Part shown: in pieces, positions 1-7,728 of the stretch | How positions within the stretch are numbered: the first letter of the stretch is position 1 | How the letters are laid out: each line of letters starts with the position of its first letter | Virus record (IMG/VR): IMGVR_UViG_3300028103_000015 | DNA: 14,338 nucleotides | Strand: one strand, 5' to 3' | Source of the DNA: a virus | Taxonomy: Duplodnaviria; Heunggongvirae; Uroviricota; Caudoviricetes | Notes under the pieces: model-generated | The model's input: only the letters and a program-made list of their open reading frames with translations | Databases searched by the model: none | What the model was told of the DNA's origin: nothing | Made by a program: the position numbers and the translations under genes

Positions 1-6
1 AAAAAT

Positions 7-37
7 TTTGTTATTCAAAATAGTTGGTTTACCTTTG
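7..37 (+). promoter_or_regulatory. Bacteroidota primary sigma factor promoter (TTTG-N19-TACCTTTG)
   Basis: TTTG at 7-10 and TACCTTTG at 30-37 match the -33 TTTG / -7 TAnnTTTG consensus with a 19-nt spacer, 19 nt upstream of the ATG at 57. Confidence 0.75.
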
Positions 38-56
38 GAGGTAAAATCAACCATAC

Positions 57-923
57 ATGAATATAATATTCCAAATTAATGGCGGTATTGGCAAGGTGAT
101 TGCTGGTACCGCCATTTGTGCTTCTATCAAGGCTAAGTATCCTGATAGTAAACTTATTGTTGTCTCTGGTTATCCAGATGTATTCTTAGGTAATAAGAAT
201 GTTGACAGAGCATACGCTTTTGGACAACAGGCTTATTTCTATAAGGAATACATTGAGAATCAAGAGATTATGGTATTTGCACACGATCCATACTTGGAAG
301 CAAAGCACATTAAACAAGATGAACACCTTATTGAAACATGGTGTAATTTGTACGGTTTACCAGTAACAAAGACTGTTGGAGAGCTATTTCTTACACAGAG
401 AGAAATAGATTTCTTTAGCAAAAAATTTGTTTCTGATAAGCCTATTTTTTTGATGCAAACTAATGGTGGTGCTGAGACAGAACAGAAATACTCTTGGGCT
501 AGAGATATTCCTAGCTATATAGTAGAGAATGTTATACATGAGTTTAGAGAGAAGTATAACATTGTTCATATAAAGAGAGAAGATCAGATAGGTTATGAAG
601 GAACATTTGCTGTGTCTGATACCTTCAGAGCATTGATTGTTCTTATAAGCCTTAGTGAAAAGAGATTGTTAATGGATAGCTTTGGACAACATGCAGCTGC
701 AGCTTTGAATAAACCTTCTACAGTGTTGTGGGTTGCTAACAGTCCTAAGGTGTTTGGATATGACTTACATACAAACATTGTAGCTAACCCAGGAACAATT
801 AGTCCAGAATTAAGAAATGCCTATCTAAGTAAGTATAATATTGGAGGTGACCCTATTGAGTTTCCTTACAACAAAGAGTCTGAAATATTTAATGTAGATG
901 CTGTAATTAACTCCTTAAAATAA
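57..923 (+). CDS. GT9 (heptosyltransferase-like, GT-B fold) glycosyltransferase, 288 aa
   Basis: N-terminal IFQINGGIGKVIA followed by IKAKYPDSKLIVV. C-terminal LLMDSFGQHAAAALNKPSTVLW matches the GT9 DSG.xH.AAA..kP.v.l.g pattern. The usual catalytic Asp of GGIGD is Lys here. Confidence 0.7.
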   Translation: MNIIFQINGGIGKVIAGTAICASIKAKYPDSKLIVVSGYPDVFLGNKNVDRAYAFGQQAYFYKEYIENQEIMVFAHDPYLEAKHIKQDEHLIETWCNLYGLPVTKTVGELFLTQREIDFFSKKFVSDKPIFLMQTNGGAETEQKYSWARDIPSYIVENVIHEFREKYNIVHIKREDQIGYEGTFAVSDTFRALIVLISLSEKRLLMDSFGQHAAAALNKPSTVLWVANSPKVFGYDLHTNIVANPGTISPELRNAYLSKYNIGGDPIEFPYNKESEIFNVDAVINSLK

Positions 924-929
924 ACCAAC

Positions 930-1751
930 ATGGAAAAGATATTCTATCAAAGCTCATTGCCTAGAGCAGGAAGTACATTATTACAAAACATACTAGCTCA
1001 AAATCCTGATATATACGCTACACCTACAAGTGGTGTGTTAGAACTTATATTTGGTGCACGTGCTAACTATACAAACTCAGCAGAGTTTAAAGCTCAAGAT
1101 CCTGAGTTAATGAAAACAGGATGGCAAGCATTTGCTAAAGCTGGAATGGATGCATTCTACAATGCTGTTACAGATAAAAAATATGTGATAGATAAGTCTC
1201 GTGGATGGGGTATTCACTATGATTTCTTACAGTTTGTACAAGGTGGTGAACCTAAAATCATTTGCATGGTTAGAGACCTACGTGATGTATTTGCTTCTAT
1301 GGAGAACAACTTCAGAAAGCATCCTGAGAAGCAATCAGACATTTTGGATTGGTCTAAAGGTCAAGGTACTACTGTACCAAAGCGTATTGATATCTGGTCA
1401 CAGAATCCTCCTGTAGGACTAGCTATTGAAAGACTAGCTGAGATATTTAGACTAGGTATTAATACTAAAATATTATTCATTAAATTTGAAGACCTATGTC
1501 TCTATCCAGAAACAGAGATGACAAGGATATATCAATACCTTGGTATACCACACTACCACCATGATTTTGATAACATTGAGCAAATTACTAAGGAGGATGA
1601 TGAAGTGTATGGAGCATTTGGTGATCATGTCATTAGAACAAAGCTAGAGCCTGTTCCTTCTAGAGCAAAAGCATTGTTAGGGAAAGATGTAGTTGATTGG
1701 ATATACAACAACTACAAATGGTTTTATGACTATTTTAGATATTCAAAATGA
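930..1751 (+). CDS. PAPS-dependent sulfotransferase, 273 aa
   Basis: 5'-PSB loop SSLPRAGSTLL, DKSRGW, 3'-phosphate-binding VRDLRDVFAS, then KFEDL...TRIYQYLGI. Confidence 0.88.
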   Translation: MEKIFYQSSLPRAGSTLLQNILAQNPDIYATPTSGVLELIFGARANYTNSAEFKAQDPELMKTGWQAFAKAGMDAFYNAVTDKKYVIDKSRGWGIHYDFLQFVQGGEPKIICMVRDLRDVFASMENNFRKHPEKQSDILDWSKGQGTTVPKRIDIWSQNPPVGLAIERLAEIFRLGINTKILFIKFEDLCLYPETEMTRIYQYLGIPHYHHDFDNIEQITKEDDEVYGAFGDHVIRTKLEPVPSRAKALLGKDVVDWIYNNYKWFYDYFRYSK

Positions 1752-2191
1752 TTATAGTGTTATTTGGACAGCCTAATTGTGGAAAGTCCACATTGGCTGA
1801 TGCGCTTATAAAGGAAAGGTTTACTATTGTAAACATTGATGGAGACAAGCTCAGAGAGATATTTGTGAACAAAGATTACAGCAGAGAGGGGAGAATCAAG
1901 AATCTGAACAGGGCTAGTGATATTGCTACGTTCATGAGCACTATTGGGGATGACATCATCCTATCTCTCGTATATCCATATAAGGAAGCTAGAGACTACC
2001 TCAACAGCTTGTGTGACTCTGTCTATTGGGTTTATTTGACATATGATGAGCCTAGAGGCAGGGAATCATTTCATGTAAAGGATTTTGAAGAGCCTGGAGA
2101 TGATGAACGTGTTCTTCGTCTGAACACTTCTACAACATCCATAGAGGACTGTATAACTAAAATAATGACACATGCAAAACTTCTTGGCTAG
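1748..2191 (+). CDS. cysC: Adenylylsulfate (APS) kinase-like P-loop kinase, compact form, 147 aa
   Basis: P-loop GQPNCGKST, IDGDKLRE, DYSREGRIKNLNRA (cf. LDGDxxR...FSxxDRxENIRR). ATGA overlap with the sulfotransferase stop. Confidence 0.78.
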   Translation: MIIVLFGQPNCGKSTLADALIKERFTIVNIDGDKLREIFVNKDYSREGRIKNLNRASDIATFMSTIGDDIILSLVYPYKEARDYLNSLCDSVYWVYLTYDEPRGRESFHVKDFEEPGDDERVLRLNTSTTSIEDCITKIMTHAKLLG

Positions 2192-2570
2192 ATCAGCAGG
2201 ACCCACTTCTTCCAATGACAAGAAATATTCTATGTTTATAGGAAGATGGCAACCCTGGCACGCTGGACACAGATGGTTAATTGACCAGAGACTCAATGAA
2301 GGAAAGAATGTCCTCCTCTGTATAAGAGATGTAGAACCAGATGAGAAGAATCCTTGGACCGCACATCAAGTGATGTTAAACTTATTCGATGAACTTAAAG
2401 ACTTGGTTGAATCAGGAAGAGTTAGGGTTATTACTATACCTGATATTGAATCTATTAATATTGGTAGGGGTGTTGGTTATGATGTCATAGAACACGTACC
2501 CCCTCAGGAGATACATGACATATCTGCTACAAAAATCCGTGAGCAAATGAAAGTAGAAGGTAAGCTATGA
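2172..2570 (+). CDS. Small HxGH-superfamily (cytidyltransferase-like) nucleotidyltransferase, 132 aa; candidate sulfate adenylyltransferase or NMN adenylyltransferase-like
   Basis: FIGRWQPWHAGH and C-terminal ISATKIRE motifs. Overlaps cysC by 20 nt. An alternative start at MFIGRW is possible. Confidence 0.75.
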   Translation: MQNFLARSAGPTSSNDKKYSMFIGRWQPWHAGHRWLIDQRLNEGKNVLLCIRDVEPDEKNPWTAHQVMLNLFDELKDLVESGRVRVITIPDIESINIGRGVGYDVIEHVPPQEIHDISATKIREQMKVEGKL

Positions 2571-2779
2571 CTGTAAGCAAGAAAAGACATATAGCCAAAA
2601 CAATCAGCTACAGGATTGTCAGCACACTCATTGGGTTTGGTATTATGTGGCTAGTGACAGGAAGTGTGAAAATAGGAGCTGCATTTGGTGTAGCTGAGCT
2701 AGTGTACAAGCCTATACAATATTACCTACATGAGCGTATTTGGTATAAATGGATTAGATATGGACTGAAGAAAGACTAA
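2567..2779 (+). CDS. DUF2061-family small membrane protein, 70 aa
   Basis: KRHIAKTISYRIVST...TGS..IG..E...K...YYLHERIW pattern. ATGA overlap with the upstream gene. Confidence 0.75.
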   Translation: MTVSKKRHIAKTISYRIVSTLIGFGIMWLVTGSVKIGAAFGVAELVYKPIQYYLHERIWYKWIRYGLKKD

Positions 2780-3569
2780 GCATTGCTTTGTATTCTTCTA
2801 GCCCTTTCTCCAAATTGTATTTAGCTTCCCAACCAGGCATAAACAAATCAGCCTTGGTAAACATCTGATAGTTGTCAGGCATTTCAAACTTGAACTTGTA
2901 TTTGAATGGTATATCCATTATCTCTAGAACATTCTCAAACGTTCTGGGCTCTCCTGTTCCTACATCAAACCATCCTCCTTTGAATTCATTGTAATGCTGC
3001 CAGGCATACAAATTTGCATCTACAACATCCTTTATATACACAAAGTCTCTCACAGGTTGTCCTGGAAAGAGCATCACTTCTTCTCCAAGCTGATGTTTCT
3101 TATAAGATTGATGAGCAATAGAAGCCATGTTTCCTTTGTGCATTTCTCCTGGTCCATACACATTGAAATAACGTAGGGCCACTCCCTTGCTCTTTATTAC
3201 AAACTCCTCTCCCAGAAACTTACTCCATGCATAGAGTGTTTCAGGACTTCCCTTTGTTCCATATATAGCAGCTGATGAACTATATATAATGGGAATGCCT
3301 CTGTGCTGACACCAGCTAGCAATGATGTTAGTGGAATGTACATTGAGCATAAGCATCTCATTGATGTCCTTGTTCTGTGTATCTGAACAAGCACCTACAT
3401 GAAACACCACTTCTGGGTTCATGTCTACAAGATATTCTATAAGTCTATCCTGCCATCTGGCTCTATCAAATATCCATTTCTCAAGACCCTTTACAGTGTG
3501 CCCCTGTCTTTCAAGTTCTGTCTGTAAAGCTTTGCCAATAAATCCGTTGTTACCTGTTACGCAGACCAT
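2754..3569 (-). CDS. hldD: ADP-L-glycero-D-manno-heptose 6-epimerase (extended SDR), 271 aa
   Basis: VTGNNGFIG, FHVGACSDT, YSSSAAIYG, YAWSK, LRYFNVYGPGEMHKGNMAS, RDFVYIKDV and YQMFTKADL together are the HldD/RfaD signature set. Start moved to the ATG at 3569 (MVCVTG). Confidence 0.85.
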   Translation of the reverse strand: MVCVTGNNGFIGKALQTELERQGHTVKGLEKWIFDRARWQDRLIEYLVDMNPEVVFHVGACSDTQNKDINEMLMLNVHSTNIIASWCQHRGIPIIYSSSAAIYGTKGSPETLYAWSKFLGEEFVIKSKGVALRYFNVYGPGEMHKGNMASIAHQSYKKHQLGEEVMLFPGQPVRDFVYIKDVVDANLYAWQHYNEFKGGWFDVGTGEPRTFENVLEIMDIPFKYKFKFEMPDNYQMFTKADLFMPGWEAKYNLEKGLEEYKAMLSLSSVHI

Positions 3570-4210
3570 ATGTGTATTATTATTTCTGTATAATATGCTA
3601 GGAATTCTTCTGACCAAACTCCTGCTGTGATGTCCACACCATCCAAGGAATACACCTTGAAATTTACATCATGTAAATATTCATCTCTAAACTTCTTGAA
3701 TTTTTGTTTCAGAAGAAGATTGCTCAAATGCCATTCTCCAGCTATCTTCTTCATATTGCTCAGTATCCATGGTTTGTTTTCTAGGGTGAATATGTCATAC
3801 TCCCCACCCTCACAATCCATCTTAAGGAAGTCTATCCTACCAATATTGTAATCTTCAATCACCTGCTTAAAGGTGGTGCAATACGTAGATTCCCCCTGAT
3901 CATCAAAGACAAACTCACCATCAAACTTACCTACATGTCCTGATATAGCTTTGTTGATACATGTAACAGGAGCGTGTCTTGTATTATACACCAGTGTCTT
4001 AAACTCTGAATAACTAGGCTCAAAACAGAACACGTGCTTTGGATGCTTATCTAGGATGGAATAGGTGAATATACCTATACTTGCTCCAATATCAAACACC
4101 ACATCACCCTCTTCTACGGTGAAGCATTTCTCATATATCCTATCTACAAATGTTTCTCTCTTTACTGTCTCTATAAATATGGCGTCTGATGTTCCCCAAT
4201 TAAATTCCAT
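3557..4210 (-). CDS. FkbM-family SAM-dependent methyltransferase, 217 aa
   Basis: VVFDIGASIGIFT, VFCFEPS, IDFLKMDCEGGEYDIF. Confidence 0.85.
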   Translation of the reverse strand: MEFNWGTSDAIFIETVKRETFVDRIYEKCFTVEEGDVVFDIGASIGIFTYSILDKHPKHVFCFEPSYSEFKTLVYNTRHAPVTCINKAISGHVGKFDGEFVFDDQGESTYCTTFKQVIEDYNIGRIDFLKMDCEGGEYDIFTLENKPWILSNMKKIAGEWHLSNLLLKQKFKKFRDEYLHDVNFKVYSLDGVDITAGVWSEEFLAYYTEIIIHIWSA

Positions 4211-7200
4211 GATTGTATTTTTTTAATTACGTCTTCAGATTTAATAGATGTCTGACATTCCCATTGTCTGTCTGTTCCTTTATGCACAGGACACCAGTTC
4301 CAATCTCCTGCATCAAATCTGTATTCAGCTTTGTTCCAGCATCCATGACATACATTCTCATTAGTAATTCTAATACAGCTAAACTCATGGTCAGCAGCTG
4401 TAAAGTTACTAATCATTACCACTTGTTTATTCAGAGCCCAAGCTAACCAGCTTAGCCCACTGGATAGTCCTATAAAGAACTCACTGTGATGGATAACATT
4501 CATGGTGTTCTCCATAGATGTATCTTCAAGCTGTTCACAATTGTCAAAAGGATTCTTCTCCTTGGACACATTAACTATCTTATATCCATTCTCATGTAAG
4601 AAGTTGATGGTGAGCTGCCAGTCTTCCTTCTGCCAAAACTTACATCCAGCCGTTGAATTAGTGGCTATTGTAACATATCTACCATATGAATTGTTACCAG
4701 GTGTAAAGGCTAAACGTGGTCTAATCTCTTGAAAATCAAGACCTAAGATGTTGGTTGCTGTCTGTTGGAGGGGAATAGTATTACACAAAGCTGGCTCCTT
4801 ATTACCATCATAGAACCAACCCACACTGTACATACCAAGGATGTTACCTACACCTGTTCCTGGTTCTACAAACTCAAGCTCTGGATAGACACTCTCAAAT
4901 AGGAAGTTCTTAAATGTGCTCACTGTTACATGGCAATTGTGCTTCCTCTTGAACTCAAGTACATATGGCATCCATGCAATTGTGTCTCCTAGTGATTTGC
5001 TATCCATAGCTATATAGACACGCTGGCCCTCATAATTGAGTGTATACTCATAGTATATACTTTCATCCTTCCACACCTTGATGGTCCATTTGGTAAACCA
5101 TCTCCTGTTGAGCTTCACCCAGTGATTCACCTTTATCTTGTTCTCATAGTGACACACACCCTGCTCATCATAAAATCTGACAGTGAAGGTGCTTTTGGAA
5201 TTACCTGTTATCTCTAGGAATGGCTCGTGTATAAATGTGTGGGTGATATTAATCAGTTCTTTGTCAGGCTGTATGGGTCTATTCATCACCTCCTGATACA
5301 GATCAATATGCTTCTGTGCGAAATCAAGCTTCTGTCCTTCAGGAATATCGTAGCTCACATCTGTATCTAACAGCTGGGTGAGCTGTTCTTTCATCTTTTC
5401 AGGCTTCAGATCTGTAATATACTGAGTGAACATGTCTCCATACTGAGGAAGATTTCTTGCCAGGATTGGCAGTCCATATCCTATAGCTTCTCTAATCACC
5501 AGTGGATTGCATTCAAATGTACTGTTAAACAGGAACACATCTGCAGCTGCCATAAACCTACCCACATCATCACGCTCTCCCCATACATGTACATTAGGTG
5601 GTATGTCCTTCATAATGGGTTCCCAGTAGTGCTGGAAGTTACCAGCCTGATTACCTACAAAGTGGAATTGTACATCTGGCATTTGTCTAGCCAGCTCTAC
5701 AGCTTCTCCTTGGTTCTTACCAGCAGTCCATAGTCCTACATTAAGCACATGTTTACCAGGTCCTAGATCTATGGGCTCAGATTCTTTCTTCACGATAGGA
5801 AACTCAATCACCTCCTTTCTAGAAGGCATATTAGCAAACGTCTTTAGATGGTGTGGTGTACAGAACGCATATGCATCTGGATGATAGCGCTTCTCTAAGT
5901 CTGGCTTGAACACAATGTTGTGACATGTTTCAATCATCCTCCAGGTTCTATTTGGACTGTACAGCGCTTGTCTCACCTCTTCTGGCCAGTTGTTCCAGCC
6001 ATCTTCCACCATCTCATCCACATGCACTATATCTACAGCATGTCTTTTGATGATATCAATCACCTCCATCTTATTCTCTCCCAAGGTGTAGAAGTGGTGG
6101 GCTATTTCCTTTATCTGATTCTTCTGGACAACAAAGTGATCACTGTGGTTGGAATACTCCACAACAATAATCTTAGATTTGGAATAGGCCAACAGATCTG
6201 CTATTCTCTCTAAAAGGAAGGCAGGCATTCCACCTGTCGATAGATGTGGTGCCAGGAATAATATCTTAAGCTGATTCTTCTGGCGCTCTAACATTCTGTA
6301 CATAGTGACAGCATCCTTTTCTCCGTGATAGAATAGTAACTGGTCTACATCTGCAGGCACAGCTACAAAATGTGCTAGGTGCTGCTTCTTAGTTCTGAAT
6401 GTGACATTATTCACTGTGTTCAAGGATCCATTCATGTATATGTATGGTAGTCCATCTAATGCCTTGTACTTCCACAGAAGCACGTTAGCTATAGTTTCCT
6501 CATGATAGGGAGCATAGTATTGTGGATTCTGTAACACCTTGGGATGGTTACACATCCACCACCAACTGTCAAGGAATTCTTGACAGTATTCACCAGCTAC
6601 AAAATATCCTGTTTGTCTGTATTTATCTCTGATGTATTGATCTACACCAAACAGCTCACAAGCTGGATGTTCAAGAGTAGTGGATAGGTCATCTCTACTA
6701 TCAGCCCCACCTCTTCCATTGCTGATCATCCATTCATATATTCCCTCTGTAAAATACGGATAGGCACTCTTCACTGGGAAATAGTCAAATATTCTGTCTA
6801 CATACTTGGTAGCCACACTATCACTATCCACATAGGCCACTGTTTTAGCATGCTTTAACGCTTCTTTAACAATTAGTGGGCGCTGGATGAGGATGTTGTA
6901 AATGTCTGGATTAGCTCTGTCTATATACTTCTGCTGAGGAAGATCCTTGGTTTTACAATCCCAACGGAATGTAGCAGCTCCCTTTATATCCACATCTGAG
7001 TTGAGCATATAAACCATAACAGGTAGACTGCTAAAGGTTCTAAGAGAATCTACGCACGCCTGCACAGTGTCCTTATAGCTCTCTGTAGCATATAAGACAT
7101 ATGCTTTTTCCCATCTAATGTCCTGATTTACATAGTATCCATACCACTGGTTGTCATATAGCTTCTCCAGTCCTGGGTAACGCTCTAGCATCACCTCTGG

Positions 7201-7623
7201 TGTTAGATCTGCCTGGTGGTGGGTTTCATACTCATTTCCATACTCTGCTCCATCCTGAGCCATCATATAGGGCACAGCTACAAGAAACCTCTTGTCCATC
7301 AGGTCAAAGTCTGTAAGCAGGTTTTTAGCTGTGCCTGAGGGTAGGTGTTCTAGAATATCCCCTAAGATGATAAAGTCATAGGGTCTAACATCAAAGGTGA
7401 CAATATCCCCTACATAAACATTATCATATTTAGCTCTCAGATTGAACTGATCTACATATGGAGCCCATATCTCTACAGCATCCATCCTATATCCTAAATT
7501 CCTTAGCAAATCAGAATATGTTCCCTGTCCAGGACCTACATCTAGAATGCGTGTTGATAGGGGAATATTGTCTATAAACCACTGCTTTATTTCAGGCTTG
7601 AAGTAGGTGTAACTGTTTGGCAT
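4171..7623 (-). CDS. Multidomain protein, 1150 aa: class I SAM methyltransferase + GT-A glycosyltransferase + GT4 glycosyltransferase + Aah/TibC-type (BAHT) heptosyltransferase
   Basis: ILDVGPGQGTY / ILGDILEHL (MTase); VAYVDSDSV and EETIANVLLW (GT-A); ILFLAPHLSTGGM, KNQ, ADVFLFNSTFECNPLVIREAIGYGLPI (GT4); SLGDTIAWMPY, FFIGLSSGLSWLAWA, VCHGCWN, DWNWCPVHKGTDRQWEC (BAHT with four iron-finger Cys). Start set at the ATG at 7623, downstream of a minus-strand promoter. Confidence 0.85.
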   Translation of the reverse strand: MPNSYTYFKPEIKQWFIDNIPLSTRILDVGPGQGTYSDLLRNLGYRMDAVEIWAPYVDQFNLRAKYDNVYVGDIVTFDVRPYDFIILGDILEHLPSGTAKNLLTDFDLMDKRFLVAVPYMMAQDGAEYGNEYETHHQADLTPEVMLERYPGLEKLYDNQWYGYYVNQDIRWEKAYVLYATESYKDTVQACVDSLRTFSSLPVMVYMLNSDVDIKGAATFRWDCKTKDLPQQKYIDRANPDIYNILIQRPLIVKEALKHAKTVAYVDSDSVATKYVDRIFDYFPVKSAYPYFTEGIYEWMISNGRGGADSRDDLSTTLEHPACELFGVDQYIRDKYRQTGYFVAGEYCQEFLDSWWWMCNHPKVLQNPQYYAPYHEETIANVLLWKYKALDGLPYIYMNGSLNTVNNVTFRTKKQHLAHFVAVPADVDQLLFYHGEKDAVTMYRMLERQKNQLKILFLAPHLSTGGMPAFLLERIADLLAYSKSKIIVVEYSNHSDHFVVQKNQIKEIAHHFYTLGENKMEVIDIIKRHAVDIVHVDEMVEDGWNNWPEEVRQALYSPNRTWRMIETCHNIVFKPDLEKRYHPDAYAFCTPHHLKTFANMPSRKEVIEFPIVKKESEPIDLGPGKHVLNVGLWTAGKNQGEAVELARQMPDVQFHFVGNQAGNFQHYWEPIMKDIPPNVHVWGERDDVGRFMAAADVFLFNSTFECNPLVIREAIGYGLPILARNLPQYGDMFTQYITDLKPEKMKEQLTQLLDTDVSYDIPEGQKLDFAQKHIDLYQEVMNRPIQPDKELINITHTFIHEPFLEITGNSKSTFTVRFYDEQGVCHYENKIKVNHWVKLNRRWFTKWTIKVWKDESIYYEYTLNYEGQRVYIAMDSKSLGDTIAWMPYVLEFKRKHNCHVTVSTFKNFLFESVYPELEFVEPGTGVGNILGMYSVGWFYDGNKEPALCNTIPLQQTATNILGLDFQEIRPRLAFTPGNNSYGRYVTIATNSTAGCKFWQKEDWQLTINFLHENGYKIVNVSKEKNPFDNCEQLEDTSMENTMNVIHHSEFFIGLSSGLSWLAWALNKQVVMISNFTAADHEFSCIRITNENVCHGCWNKAEYRFDAGDWNWCPVHKGTDRQWECQTSIKSEDVIKKIQSWNLIGEHQTPYL

Positions 7624-7643
7624 AACTGATTGGCTTTCTGTTA

Positions 7644-7675
7644 CAAAGATAGAAAAAAGATTTGGTAGTTTCAAA
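7644..7675 (-). promoter_or_regulatory. Bacteroidota sigma70-type promoter driving the fusion GT-FkbM-hldD operon
   Basis: The minus strand reads TTTG (7675-7672), N20, TATCTTTG (7651-7644), ending 20 nt before the ATG at 7623. Confidence 0.78.
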
Positions 7676-7692
7676 TAAATTACATAGATTTG
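7661..7692 (+). promoter_or_regulatory. Bacteroidota sigma70-type promoter driving the cupin-rfaE2-rfaE1 operon
   Basis: TTTG 7661-7664, N20, TAGATTTG 7685-7692. Overlaps the divergent promoter back to back. Confidence 0.75.
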
Positions 7693-7698
7693 CCCCAC

Positions 7699-7717
7699 AA
7701 GTGGAGTGTATCCACTT
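7699..7717. repeat. Inverted repeat / 5' leader hairpin
   Basis: AAGTGGA (7699-7705) GTGTA TCCACTT (7711-7717): a perfect 7-bp stem with a 5-nt loop at the predicted start site of the + promoter. Confidence 0.6.
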
Positions 7718-7728
7718 TATGCTATATT

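Noticed and set aside
384-778. Minus-strand ORFs 384-569 and 593-778
   Set aside because: They are antisense shadows inside the well-supported GT9 gene and have no motifs.
1201-1416. 71-aa alternative-frame ORF in the sulfotransferase
   Set aside because: It is fully nested with a GTG start and no recognisable features.
2066-2296. Minus-strand 76-aa ORF
   Set aside because: It is antisense to cysC and the nucleotidyltransferase and has no motif support.
3570-3617. N-terminal extension of hldD in the ORF track
   Set aside because: The Rossmann motif starts at MVCVTG (ATG 3569), and the extension deepens the overlap with FkbM.
2994-6213. Short ORFs nested in the minus-strand operon (2994-3176, 3197-3394, 3421-3630, 3627-3851, 4213-4446, 4502-4732, 5920-6213)
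   Set aside because: All overlap strongly supported genes and look like chance frames.
7624-7728. Track starts at 7698 (minus) and 7690 (plus) that make the two ORFs overlap
   Set aside because: Both extensions run through the divergent promoter region. The ATGs at 7623 and 7729 fit the promoters and the domain starts.
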